A DNA stretch of 61,352 bases, counting the filler, from Syncephalis fuscata S228 (Eukaryota; Fungi; Zoopagomycota): NCBI GenBank assembly GCA_025786725.1. It is 3 parts of 3 records of this genome, joined end to end, with 100 filler letters (N's around TTAATTAATTAA, not from the genome) between each part and the next. Parts side by side here need not be neighbours in the genome. Positions count along the whole stretch, not along the records: positions 1 to 16,522 come from JAHLTZ010000199.1; positions 16,623 to 35,668 come from JAHLTZ010000177.1; 1 more part is not named here. The stretch is one strand, 5' to 3'. Under the pieces are notes generated by a model. That model saw only the letters and a list, made by a program, of their open reading frames with translations, had not been told where the DNA came from and ran no database searches. Below are positions 11,035-23,680 of this stretch, piece by piece (the stretch's first letter is position 1; each line of letters starts with the position of its first letter). A program made the translations under genes and the position numbers.

Positions 11035-12138
11035 TTTATTAGACATCATTATACAGTATACTGGCCATGCTCTATCGATTGGCGTTGTCCATTTGACCAT
11101 AGCTTTATAGTTGAATTGGACATTCATTACACTCATTTCGCTAATTACCGTGTTTACGCAGTCACAATTGGACACACTAAAAAATTAATAGTAAATTAAC
11201 GAAAAAATATACAGCAAATCCGATTGGTTCTGCGTACTCAGACGACAATTCTGGTTATAATAAGCCAATAAAATGCGATGTGTAAATATTTATTGTTTTT
11301 ATTCAGAATTGTATATGCATATCATAGCAATATTGGTCAAATATTGGTAAAAATAATAAGTATACAAATAAATTTGTTTATTTATTGCTATAATTTGTTT
11401 ATTATGATAGTGTGTTGATTGGTGTATGGTATACTGGCTACTGGGGGTCAATTTGGCCTATTCTAGTGCAGTCATTGCAGTCATTGCAGTAATTTCAGCT
11501 AATGACCAGTCAGTATGGTTCTTGCAGGTCATTACTCGTAGTTCAGCTACCGTATTTTGTTTGTTTTGTTGTTTTACGTAGTTTACGCATCACTCGCTTC
11601 CCCTGCGTTGTTTTTACGTATTTATCTATGTAATGGTCACTTTACTCGTTGTATTTTACTCATATTGGCCTCAATCTGCACAGCACATTGCCACAGCACT
11701 ACTGCTTGAATGGCACCTTCCTAATATGAAGCCATTAGCGTGACCGTTTTTCGAACTCCAATACTAGGTCCCGTAGTGGTAGAACCCTTGTATTGTCTCT
11801 CTCTTCTCTTATTGTCGTTGTCATTGTCGTTGTTCTATTGTCGTTGTTCTTGTTGTTTTCTAACTCGCTATCGCTCGTATAGTTGTTCTCTAGCTTCTTG
11901 TTCATTTTCCTTCATTCTTCATTTTTGTCTTATTTTTCTTCTTTTAGCCCTATTTTATCAAGCCCTATCTTCATTAGCCCTAAATATTTGTCAAATAATT
12001 GTCAAAAATATTTTCAAAAAAAATAAAAAAAATCGTTGTCTGTTTTATTGTTGTTTCTTAATCTCCTGTTCATTCTGTTTCATTGTCACCTACCCTCATG
12101 TCATTTGTGCTAATATTTATCGAGTTATTCATTGTTAA
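11035..12138. repeat. Macro-repeat block C, copy 2
   Basis: Aligns to 6810-7895. Confidence 0.93.
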
Positions 12139-12139
12139 A

Positions 12140-13310
12140 GTTCATTTTTGTGGCTGTGTTCATTTTATCCATTATTCAACCATTTAGTCTATTATTCTAC
12201 TCTTTAGTCAATATTCACTTATTTAGTTTATTCTTCAATTATTTAGTCAATTATACCATTATTCAATTCTTTAGTCAATTATTCAATTATTTAGTCTATT
12301 ATTCAAATACTTAGTCAATTATACCTTTATTCAAATACTTAGTCAATTATACCTTTATTCAAATACTTAGTCAATTATTCCGTTGTTTAGTCCATTATTC
12401 AGTTAGTTAGTCTACTGGGCAATTATCGGCTAATTATTGCCATTTTTACTCAAATATTGCGGAAATTGGCCTACTAGTAAAAGTATGTCAGTATACATGC
12501 TATAACATTCAAATAGCTTGCAAAGCATTGCTTAGTTGATGCTATATCTTGCATATAAACATCTATGGCTTTGGTGCTAAATTGTGCTAAAATAAATATA
12601 TTAAAATGTGGTGGCCTAAACTACCTATGCTTCACACTATCTATACTTCAGTTGTTCAGTTAGTTAGTCTGTCTGTCATTTAATTTGTTAGTTGGTCAAT
12701 CTGTCGGTTAGTTAGTTTGTTAGTTGGTCATTTAATCAATTAGTTTTTGTCTGTCTGTCTGTCTATTATTCCATTATTTAGTTTGTCTGTCTATCTGTCA
12801 TTTAATGCTTACTCAATCCGTTAGTTGACCAGTCTGTCGATCTGTCAACCATTCTGTTATTTAGTCTATTGTTCAATCATTTATGCAATTGGTTGTCTAC
12901 TTCTTATATTGTTGATTATTAATGTCTACGAATTAGTCGCTTGTTAGTCTGTATATTGTTAGTCAATTAGTTGGGAAATTATGCCAACTAGTTAGTCAAT
13001 ATTTGGTCAATTAGTTGGTCAATTAGTTAGTCGTTTATTCAATTGGTTGATCATTTAGTTGTTCAGTTGGGCAATTAGTTGCTTATTTAGTTATTCAATT
13101 TGTCCGTCAATTAGTCAATCACTCATTTATTCAAATAATTACATATTTATTTGCTCCATTATTCAATTAGTATATGTCTGTCAATATATGTTCTATAACA
13201 ATAATTAATTCAAAGTATTGTTTAGTTAATGTTACATCTGTGTATATAAACGTACATAACTTTTATGGTAATGAGTGCTAAATTCTATTATTCAATATAT
13301 GAATGTCAAT
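12140..13310. repeat. Low-complexity TTAGTCAA/ATTCAA-rich degenerate repeat, present only in unit 2
   Basis: 28-bp tandem ATTCAAATACTTAGTCAATTATACCTTT at 12301, 12329 and partially 12357; absent between blocks C and D of unit 1. Confidence 0.8.
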
Positions 13311-13312
13311 CT

Positions 13313-14298
13313 ACCGATGCAATACATCATATATGTGAGGTAATAATTAATATAAATCATTGCATGTTATAAGCACTATAACATACTGACATGAATGAGT
13401 CGTGTATATTGCTTCCTACAATTAATATGATATACACACGATATCATACAATGATATATGTAAATACTGGATGTATGCATATTAAGTATATGCACACTGG
13501 ATATATGCTTACTGGATAATAATCTACATTAATGTCTATTTTCTATTTTATTTATTCATCATCCATTATCATGTTCAGTACATTAAATGCTTTTAAATAT
13601 TGCCATTTGATCTGCTGATCATACTATAAGCATCATTAAATTGTTTAATCATTAGTTAGTATGTGCAACACATACTAATTGTATAATATTTATTGTCACA
13701 ATTCACTTGATTAAATACAATAAACTATATTGTATTGATTTTTTGATTGAGATGCAAAAGTATAAAGCTTTGCATCTACTTATTTAGTAGCTATGTGCTT
13801 TTATTTAATGCTTTGCTTGGATATTGTTTGGTAATATCAATTACTAATCACTTGGATATTACCAATAAATAATATATTATTAATTGATCCAATATCTTTT
13901 TTAATCTTGCTGTTAATTGATAGCAATAGTATCAATTAGTCTTGATGATGTCACATCAAGTACTTGTGAAGTTGCTATTGTTGCTATTGTTGCTATTGTT
14001 GTGATGGTATACCACCGTTTATTGGTGGCGTATACCACCACATACAAATTATGATGGATACTGCTACAACTGCTGTATCACATTACTTACTTATTTAAAA
14101 TCGCGATTAGTGTGTTAGCGGCCGGCTACCTACAATTCTAAAATAATAAATACAATGTTAGTACGTTAGTAGACAATTGTCCTGAATTGTTATTGCATAT
14201 TTGGTTTTAGTGTGCTAGCGGCCGGCTATGTATAATAATAATACTTACGCTAGGTGTCCATGGCCGGCTACCTACGAATCTAAAATAATAAATACAAT
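13313..14298. repeat. Macro-repeat block D, copy 2
   Basis: Aligns to 7930-8880. Confidence 0.93.
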
Positions 14299-15186
14299 GT
14301 TAGTGTTAGTTTTTATGCCAATGTTAATATTGTTACTGGTGTTGGTGCTGGTACTGGTGTTGGTGTTGATACTGGTGCTGGTACTGGTACTGATGTTGGT
14401 GTTGATGCCGGCGCTGATGCTGATGTTGGTGCTGATGACGGTGCTGGTGCTGGTGCCGATGTTGGTGCTGATGCTGGTGTTGGTACTGGTGTTGATGCTG
14501 GTGTTGGTACTGGTGCTGGTGCTGGTGCCGATATTAGTGTTGGTGCTGGTGCCGATGTTGGTGCCGATGCTGGTGTTGTTGTTGGTACTGGTGCTGGTGC
14601 CGATGTTAGTGTTGGTGCTGGTGCCGATGTTGGTGCCGGTGCTGATGTTGGTGTTGGTGCCGGTGCCGGTGCTGGTATTGATGTTGGTGTTGGTACTGGT
14701 GTTGATGCTGGTACTGGTGTTGGTGTTGGTACTGGTATTGGTGCTGATGCCGGTGCTGGTACTAGTATTGGTGTTGATGCCGATGTTGGTGCTGGTGCTG
14801 GTGCTGGTACTGGTGTTGGTGCCGGTGCCGGTGCTGGTATTGATGTTGGTGTTGGTACTGGTGTTGGTGCCGGTGCCGGTGTTGGTGTTGGTACTGGTAT
14901 TGGTGCTGATGCCGGTGCTGGTACTAGTATTGGTGTTGATGCCGATGTTGGTGCTGGTGCTGGTACTGGTGTTGGTGCCGGTGCCGGTGCTGGTATTGAT
15001 GTTGGTGTTGGTACTGGTGCTGGTGCTGGTATTGATGTTGATGTTGGTGCTGGTGCTGGTGTTGGTACTGGTGTTGGTGCCGGTGTCGATGTTGGTACTG
15101 ATGTTGGTGCTGGTGCTGATGTTGATGTTGGAGTTGGTGCCGATGCTGTTACTGGAGTTGGTGCTGATGTTGGTATTGGTGTGTCG
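14299..15186. repeat. Degenerate hexamer microsatellite, copy 3 (longest)
   Basis: Period-6 repeat with internal higher-order duplications. Confidence 0.97.
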
Positions 15187-15189
15187 GTA

Positions 15190-16522
15190 TTCAGCTATCT
15201 AAATCTATAATAATCAATAAATGTTAGTGTTAGTGTCCGGTATCTAAAATTTAAAACAATATATGTATAAAGTTAGTATGTTGCAATGTTGTGTAGCCGG
15301 CCGCTAGCACACTAAAACAATTTGGTGATTTTTATTTATGATATAAATTTGTAATTATCAATACAGGTTAGTAAGTTAGTAATCTAAATCTAAAGTCATC
15401 AATATAGCATTAATTGTTATATTGTTTGGTAGCCGGCCGCTAACACACTAATCGCCATTGTCCTTGAACTTGATACTTGATGGCTTGTAAATCTAAAGCA
15501 TTATATGCAGAGTTAGTGACTGATTTAAGTTAGTTACTTACCATTGCATAATCAGTGCACCATAAAGAAGGACCGGTAAGTGGTTTGTTAAAGTGAAAAG
15601 GGAAAGAGAAGAAGAGCTGCCAATGCAACATCGTGCTAGCAGGTGTTTACAGGCAGTGCATATAATGGCACTGCTGTATGGCCAGTACAGAGTGCCACCA
15701 TATGCTACTACCATAGCTAAACACACTATTGCTAGCACGGTGAGCAATGGAAGATATAGAGATAATGATGAGGAGAGTGTGAGAAAGGAACAGTATATGC
15801 TTGGTAGCATATATCCAGCATACACTGTTGCTAGTACGGTAAGTAATGGAAGGTTGGTGAAAAGGATGGGGAAGAAGGAGAGATGAGAAAGAGGATAAGA
15901 ACAGTGTATGCTTGGTAGCATATAGCCAGCATACACTGTTGCTAGTACGGTAAGTAATGGCACGTTAGAAAAAAGAAGGATGAAGAAAAGAATGAAGAAG
16001 AAAAGAGAAAGAATGAGGAAGAGAAAGAGAAAGAGAAAGAGAACGTTATATGTTTGGTAGCATATATCCATCATAGCTAGCATACTAGCAGCTGCTCACA
16101 AGGCAAAACGACACCGCTAGCACTGCTGTATGGCGCCATACAGCAGGGCGGTATGTAGTACCAAGACTAGGCATGCTTATACTAATAGACTAGCAATGAC
16201 ATATAGCAAGCAAAGCATATACCGGACTTATGGAAACAAGTGCAAGTGGGAACGTGGCTAGTGGATAAATGCTGTCAAGTGTGGTGGATGAGAAAGAGGA
16301 ACGTGTGACGCAAATCGTGTGCTATGCGATCGGCAGTCTGTTTTTATAGTGTGGGTGCAAGTGCTGATGTAATATGAATAAACAATTATTATGATTGGTA
16401 CCAATTGACTTGTTTGACAGCACTCGCCCAGTCAAACTAAACGTTTATTTTATTGAATAATCATTTTCATTAAATTATCAAATCATTAAATTATATTATG
16501 ATTTGGGTGTCAAATGACTATA
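15190..16522. repeat. Macro-repeat block B, copy 3, cut by the gap
   Basis: Aligns to 433-1730. Confidence 0.95.
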
Positions 16523-16622
16523 NNNNNNNNNNNNNNNNNNNNNNNNNNNNNNNNNNNNNNNNNNNNTTAATTAATTAANNNNNNNNNNNNNNNNNNNNNN
16601 NNNNNNNNNNNNNNNNNNNNNN
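16523..16622. other. Artificial 100-bp gap/linker
   Basis: N run with central TTAATTAATTAA (stops in all six frames). Confidence 0.97.
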
Positions 16623-17123
16623 CCTGGCCAGTTTACTGTCATGACAAATACACTATCTGGCCTGGTTGAGTGTCTTACTGGCTTTGAGCGTATTCTGCGT
16701 ACACCAATCCCACTTGCCTACAGTATTCACTTGGCTCAATCAGTATGGCTCTACTGTCTTGCACTTCCTTTCCAGTTGGTCAAGGATCTCGGCTGGGTGA
16801 CTATTCCAGTTGTGGCGGTCACAGCATTCACCATGTTTGGCATCCAGTCAATTGGCGAAGAAATTGAGAATCCATTTGGCTATGACGCCAACGATCTGCC
16901 ACTTGATGAGTTTTGCAAGGTTATTAAGAGCGAGGTTAATATCATTACATCGGTACCACCGCCCAATCCAGAAGAATGGATATTCTCGGATGCTAATCCG
17001 GAACAGCATCGTAAACAAGAGGATGCTGATGAGGTGGCAAGTAATAGCGAATCGATTTTAGAGAGCAACAGCATCAAACAGCAGCGTGAACAAGGCCACG
17101 ACGTCTCTATTTCTATCGATTAA
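16623..17123 (+). CDS. Bestrophin/UPF0187 (YneE-like) channel, 3' fragment
   Basis: ERILRTPIPLAY, LALPFQLV and IGEEIENPFGYDANDLPLD motifs; 5' part lost at the gap. Confidence 0.92.
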   Translation, partial: PGQFTVMTNTLSGLVECLTGFERILRTPIPLAYSIHLAQSVWLYCLALPFQLVKDLGWVTIPVVAVTAFTMFGIQSIGEEIENPFGYDANDLPLDEFCKVIKSEVNIITSVPPPNPEEWIFSDANPEQHRKQEDADEVASNSESILESNSIKQQREQGHDVSISID

Positions 17124-17393
17124 TAGTAAAAGCACATCAACCAGATCATAAAACTATGATGTCCGATGAAGCAATGCCTTGTTTCCTTACATTTGTTTCT
17201 TTCGCTTGCTTCATCATTGTTATCAATAATAAAAGTAGCATTAAAACATAAATATTAGCTATTTTATCAGCTATATATCTAAATGACAATTAAAAGCATT
17301 TGGCCAGTGTTACTATTCATTTATCATCATTCATAATAATTGTTATGCGGTTTGTTAATGGTAATAAAAAGTTTATTGCTTAGTTTAACGTCT

Positions 17394-18187
17394 TTAGCTA
17401 TCCGCTTGCTCCTTTGTCGTTTTCTTATCACGGCCATTTCCATTGTTGTTTTGAATGTATTCAAATTTACGTGTGTCTAATTGTAGTGTAACTGGTCCGT
17501 CGTTGACTAGTGCCACCTGCATCATTGCTCCAAACTTGCCATCTACACGTTTAAATTTGTTAACAATTTATTAATTTGCTTTGTATTCTACAATACATGC
17601 TTTGAATACGATCTGGATGGTACGCATCGCGCATCTTTTGTAAAAACAAATTATACATCTCATTAGCCGGCTGAGTAGACATAGCTTTGTGAAAATCGGG
17701 CTTTTTTCCTATAATACACAGCCCATTAATACTGACATAAAACCAAAACAATCGCCTACCTTTAACAACTGTGCCGTATAGCGTAAACTGCGAAACTAAG
17801 TTTGCATAATTGTGTTTACTAAACAATATCATTTACCATTAATCTAATAGCTTACCACATAACACGCTGTAGTCTAGTTCAACTACACTTTTGCCCCACA
17901 TACGTCCGGTCTCTTCGTGGTCGAATAAACGGACATTCAGTATCTTCTTGACCCTTTTAAAATTGTTATTGTTGCAACTTGTATTAAACTACTACCTACA
18001 TGCTATCCAAGTCTTCGGTCGTGTCGTCGGTTGTCAGTCCTACCAAAATGCACAAGCCCCGGTCAATAGCACCGACAATCTGACCCTCAACTGAATGGCC
18101 ATGGTCATTACTATTATCTCATTACTTGTTGTTCTACTTCTTACCCGTGACACTGGCATTAAGCACTCGCTGTATAACGGCACGCAT
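17394..18187 (-). CDS. DTD1: D-aminoacyl-tRNA deacylase, multi-exon
   Basis: Spliced frame gives MRAVIQRV, VSQFTLYG, KPDFHKAM and GKFGAMMQVALVNDGPVT. Confidence 0.95.
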
Positions 18188-19920
18188 GTTTATAGCTACT
18201 ATGGTGTTGAGAAAAAGAAAACAGGAAATGAAGTAAAACGAGTATCGGTGTTATTATTTGCATTAGCAAATTGACTAATGCTACTTACTATAATTACTAC
18301 AATAGTAGCTAAAACTGATGATACTAACTTATTAGTAATAACTATGTTTATTTCATTAATGTCGAATAATCAAAACATAGAAAAATATTGTACATATATG
18401 ACGTATTTATTTAATATAATTATTTACCTACTCGATTTGTTTTAATATTATTTAAAGTTGCTTGCAATACTTTAATATCATCATTTGGTTAATATTAGTG
18501 ATAATCAATATCATTATTTATCAGTTTCAGTAAATAACTAAATGTTAAACTACCATGTCTATCGTTATACTTGCTAGTCATAAAGTTACTCGGATTTTAA
18601 TACCGCTATTTAATACTCTATTGTTTGTTGGTAAAAGCGCAAGTAGGTAATTACCAAGTATACTCTAGTGCAACTATTTGCTTTGTTGTTTTTCGCATTA
18701 TTCTGCACTCTTTACTTATTTAACAACAGCAGCACTAAAATTAACCTTATTACAGTTAGTTACTGTGTTTTTAATTAATAAAATACATTATAAAAAAACG
18801 ACATAGCAGTATCAATAGTGAATAAACTGCAAAATATCGAATGTGGCGCGTTTAGTGTGAGAGTGGTGGCAGTTTGGATATTAATTTATGCTAATGTGCT
18901 AGTTGTACTGCTCATCATTATTAAATTATTATTGAACGTCGTTTACATTGCATTATCTGTTACAAATGTATATGTTGATTTTTGGTTGTACTGTCACAGA
19001 GACATAATACTTGTGGCTAGATTTATTACTGCCTAAAAACAGTAGATCTGACCAAATTCCAAGGTTAGGACGATTAGCAGTCCCGTAACATCATGGTGGT
19101 ACTTTGTTATAGATTGTTAAAAGTAGCGTAAGTGTTACATTGCTATCACTCAGCATTTCAACACAACCGACTTTATTAGCTTGATGCATCCACCGCTGCC
19201 CACACATTGGCTTTCGTCCACGTTGCAGTTATATCAGCCGTACACGTGACCAATGGCGAACATCAAAGTATGGTAGCGAAAAACAAAACAAGCAGTATGA
19301 GTACGCGTTTACGCGGAAAAGACTGCGTGTAAACGTAATTACTTACTGTATATACCTGTGTATATTGCAGTCTATACTTTACACAACATTCATACTTTTT
19401 CTAAAAATATAGGTCATTATGATTGATATTCTAATTTCTACTGGCTGTCTTTATCTAAAATCATAGCAATTTATTGTTTATTCAAATTAAACTAATATTA
19501 ACATTAGTACAGCTTACAACATCAGAAAAGTAAATAGCTAGTAATCAAAATCTATTACACTGTAAACGAGAACATTAAATCCGAGACACTTGGTAAGAAT
19601 GTGAATCAAAGAGCCGTCAGAGATGATAACTGATTTGATCAATAATATATATTGTGCTGGGATTGGTTCGGACATTGCAAGCAGGTTTCAGCGGTTGTTT
19701 TGTTTCTCTATCTACATAAATAGCTGTACTCTTCCTACAATCGTATTACTGTTACGCTTTGTATGTAATAACGCTACCACTTGATGCTGAAGACTTTATA
19801 GCTATAAAATGCTCATTTCTCGATTATTAACTTGTTTATATTATTCTTGTCTACTTGTGGAATAGTTATTCCTTGCTAACACACAGTTATTTTTATCGTG
19901 TTTGTTGCTGTAGAAAAACA

Positions 19921-21569
19921 ATGCCACGTTTTGTATTTACACATACCAAGTTGTTGGTAAAACCAATTAAGACTTGTAAATTACCTGTGCCATTTGCCTG
20001 TCATTCCTCTACTGTCAGTAGTTCTGCCACAACGAGAGAAAGTTGCGAAAAAACGGCCATATATGCCTCTTGCTGGAAAAATCCATATCCAGATGATCAA
20101 TTTGTAGTTAATGATTATAATGGATTTCTTCCGCGCCAAGACCCATTAGTACGTCTTCCAAAAGAGTATGTTTCTTTAGAAAATTTACTGCAGCGTATGA
20201 GTATAAAACAACCGGATGGCTCCCCAGGCTTACTAGAAGACAATGGATTTGGCAATGCCGTTTTGAAAGAATTCCCAGAATACGATGTTACTCGTGTAAC
20301 CGATACTCGGCTTTTATCCGGTTAGTAAATCAGTAAATGATTGATAATAGTAAATTTAGCAACTTGATAATGTTTAGCACTTTATCGAGACCTGACTTTT
20401 GCCGCCAGTGCCTACTTATTAGAGCCATGTGATGTGCAATTCCGCAAAACTGGCGAGTATGGTCTAGGCCGAGACGTACTTCCCCGTCAAATTGCTGTTC
20501 CATTGAGTGCTGTTGCTCAAAAAATAGGTGCACGCCCTTTTATGGAATATGCATTATCCTATGCTTTGTATAACTACCGTCGAGTGGACCCACTACGCCC
20601 ACTAGACTACAAAAACCTTAAGCTTATACGCACATTCTCTGGCAATCAAGATGAACATGGCTTTATTCTTGTACACGTGGCAATGGTGCGATATTCCAAC
20701 GCTCTCGTCGCAGCCTGTATTCGCAGCCTTGATGCGGTAGAAACTAAGGACCGCAAAGCATTTGATTCTGCCATGAAGGATGTTCGATCGATATACAATG
20801 AAATTATTGGAACTTTAGTTACTATGTGGAATCGAAGCGCACCCGAGAAATATTTAAGCTATCGCACTTTTATTATGGGAATTAAAAATCAAGTAAGTTT
20901 ATCGATAAACTTTATAAACATATTTAACATGACTGCTTTTAGCCTATGTTTCCAAATGGCATCATTTACGAAGGTGTATCCACCGAACGATTCAAGTTGC
21001 GTGGCGAATCTGGCGCCAACGACTCGATGATACCGCTTGGTGATAACCTTCTAGAACTTACAGCAGGCCATCCTAATAATCCATTGACTGAAGTGCTAAA
21101 AGACTTTCGCACGTACCGTCCACGTAATCACCGACTATTTCTTGAGCATATAAATTATCGCGCAACCTCACTTGGTTTACGTAAATTTGCCACGGCTGAC
21201 GCTAATTCTGCTGCACTCTACCTTGCCAATCTTGATTTAATTCGATCATTTCGGCACCACCACTGGATGATGACAAAAGAATACATTATTAAACGTAGCA
21301 AACATCCAGTGGCCACTGGTGGATCACCCATTGTGACTTGGCTTCCAAACCAATTAATCTCTGTATTGGATACAATGAAAGAAGTAACCGACAACATTCA
21401 AATGAATCGGCTAACCGTGGATAATCATACTTTAGTAGCCGATATTAATCATCGCGCTTCGGCCGAAAAAAGAACGCTTGCTCGTGAAGTGGCACAACTA
21501 GCTAAGCAAAGAGGTCGCAAAGCCACCCAAGTGGATGCTGTAGAAACGATTTCTATCAGGACGCAATAA
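19921..21569 (+). CDS. Indoleamine 2,3-dioxygenase family protein, 3 exons (19921-20321, 20379-20892, 20943-21569)
   Basis: NGFLP, EHGFILVH, RGESGANDS and ATGGSPIVTWLPNQL motifs. Confidence 0.92.
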
Positions 21570-21899
21570 TAAAGTTGTAATAAATTATAAAACCGCTATG
21601 AAAATACAGTAATAGTTACAGGTATATAAGGTGCGTAAAAATGTAAATTAGTTTTTATTAATAATAATACATAACCAATTATGTAGCTATTTTTTAGATT
21701 GTAGAAAATCGCATCGTTTGAATGTAAGATTAAAATAAATTACAGTTACTAAATATAGAGGTAGTAAAGTCAGTGTATTGGCTAAATTCTACTTTAGCTT
21801 CTACATTTTGAGCTTACAAAGCAAAATCCACTCCAATTGAAGTCATGCTGTTATGCATAACATAATTGTATTATTTTATATTAAATACTGTTAATAAAC

Positions 21900-22460
21900 T
21901 GATTTAAATAAATAATTTAGCATGCTATTTGATTTCTTTGAAACATTTAGGGCCAATTATTGTTGCTATTGCCATGTGTAGAAAGATTGGTCAAATATTG
22001 ACATTATTATATAATTTAATTTAAGCTATTAGCCATTTAATATGGTTTGTGGTCAAATGACTACATTTAATAAATTCAATCTATTGAACATGCTAATGGA
22101 TGGTGAATGACATTAAATATTAAATCAAAAGGCGCTGAAGCTTAATAAATATAGTGTGAATGGATTGTTGCTTATTAAATTTGTGTTATTAAGTGGTCAT
22201 TATATAATTAGTATATAATGATTAGTTACGCGGTAAATTGTAGTGTGATCATATTATCACGTGTTTATATTAAGCGTGGTTTACCATAAAAGGAAATGTA
22301 TTCAAGGTGAACATCTGACGGTCAAGTCTTGAAATGTTGCAAGTGAATGTGGTATGATTTACGTTATTTTTAACAAAATTAAACGAAGTCGACATAGCAC
22401 CGCTTCAATAAACAACACTGTTTAGCATTAAAAACTGATTCATGGTTTATTGTTAAATTA
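21900..22460. repeat. Dispersed composite repeat, diverged relative of 37330-37960
   Basis: Shares ATTTC-TTGAAACATTT...GCCATGTGTAGAAAGATTG, CAAATGACTA...GGATGGTGA and GACATAGCAC...AAACAACA modules in the same order. Confidence 0.75.
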
Positions 22461-22640
22461 AGCCATTAATCCCTTTGTTTCCAGTTTAACGTTAGGGGCT
22501 CAAAGTACAATGGCTCTATTAAATCCAATAAAATGCGTGACTAAACACGCAGCTAGCACGCACACATCCATTCTATTCACCAATTGTTTCACTAATTATC
22601 TTTTACCTTTTACTTTACCGTTATCATACTTAGTTGAGTC

Positions 22641-23423
22641 ATGGGATTTGACGCTAGCGGTAGCGCTTTAATGGGGCCACTGAAGCAGGTCTATTCAGTG
22701 GCTCTGGCTTTCCGTCGTCCTTTTGCAGTGGTTGCCAAAGCTGTGAATGAGTTTTTAAAAGCGCCTGTCTCGGTCAACTTGACTAATAAAAGCGACCTTG
22801 TTTTGCTTAATGTCGCTTATCATACAATTACTGGAAGCTGTATCTACCCAGGCCGACATCCTGTGCTTCGGCCAGGCAAAAAAGACGTCTATAAGTTCTC
22901 CAGTCCGGGGAAAAAGCCATCCAACTGTGGCTATATTGTATTTGAACTGCGCGAAAGCCAAAATCAGCTATCAACGGCATTGCGGCACTATGTTGTGGTA
23001 GGCTGGCGCACTGGCCGATTCCAGCGTAAACCGCGAGTTATTGTTCACATCTATAGCGTTGAAAAGAAGTATTCAATATGCACAACGCACGAACTGCTAC
23101 AAGCAAGATGCCGTGACCAAAGGTGCTACTTATCAAGTGCATGTTCAACAGAGGCCTATTGCACCACCGAAATTGGCCCCAGAAACTATTACACAGTTAA
23201 TGTGGCCATCAACGATGTATTGCCGGCCACTCTTAACATTGAAATGACCAATGCCAGCAATCCAGGCTATATTACACGAGGCTACCATCCTACATGTCGT
23301 GGGTAAGTACCATTATTATTATTATTCCACAATTCTATAGCACTTATACAATGTTGTTTTAGACACACACGATATGGAGATATGGACTCGAGACTTTCTA
23401 AACCATATACAAAGCGACCCTGA
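22641..23423 (+). CDS. Actinoporin-like beta-sandwich protein, paralog 1 (intron 23303-23362)
   Basis: Long ORF with VSVNLTN..YHTITG..P.LRPG..CGYIVF pattern after an N-terminal helix; family assignment by motif recall. Confidence 0.6.
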
Positions 23424-23489
23424 CTGTAACTCCGTTTTTATCATTTTTATATTTTTAAATACAATACTCTTACTATTTGGAGGAATTTG

Positions 23490-23680
23490 CCAAAAGGCTT
23501 TGTTTTTCTGTAATGACGTTCATTGCAAACTAAATACTCTTTAAAAACATGTTTTCTTTTTGATAGCCATTTCATTAGTAGTTTGTATTTGTTTTTCAAT
23601 AAAAACTTTTATTTTAATATTAACTACTGTTTCAACATTATTAGTGCTAATTCTTAAAAGCATATTTTCGTATTGTATTT
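23490..23680. repeat. Dispersed repeat; diverged inverted copy at ~48180-48360
   Basis: GTTCATTGCAAACT...GTAGTTTGTATTTG...CATTATTAGTG matches the reverse complement of 48180-48360. Confidence 0.65.

Noticed and set aside
16523-16622. TTAATTAATTAA palindrome in N runs (also 35669-35768)
   Set aside because: Artificial linker; the genes cut at the gaps do not continue across them
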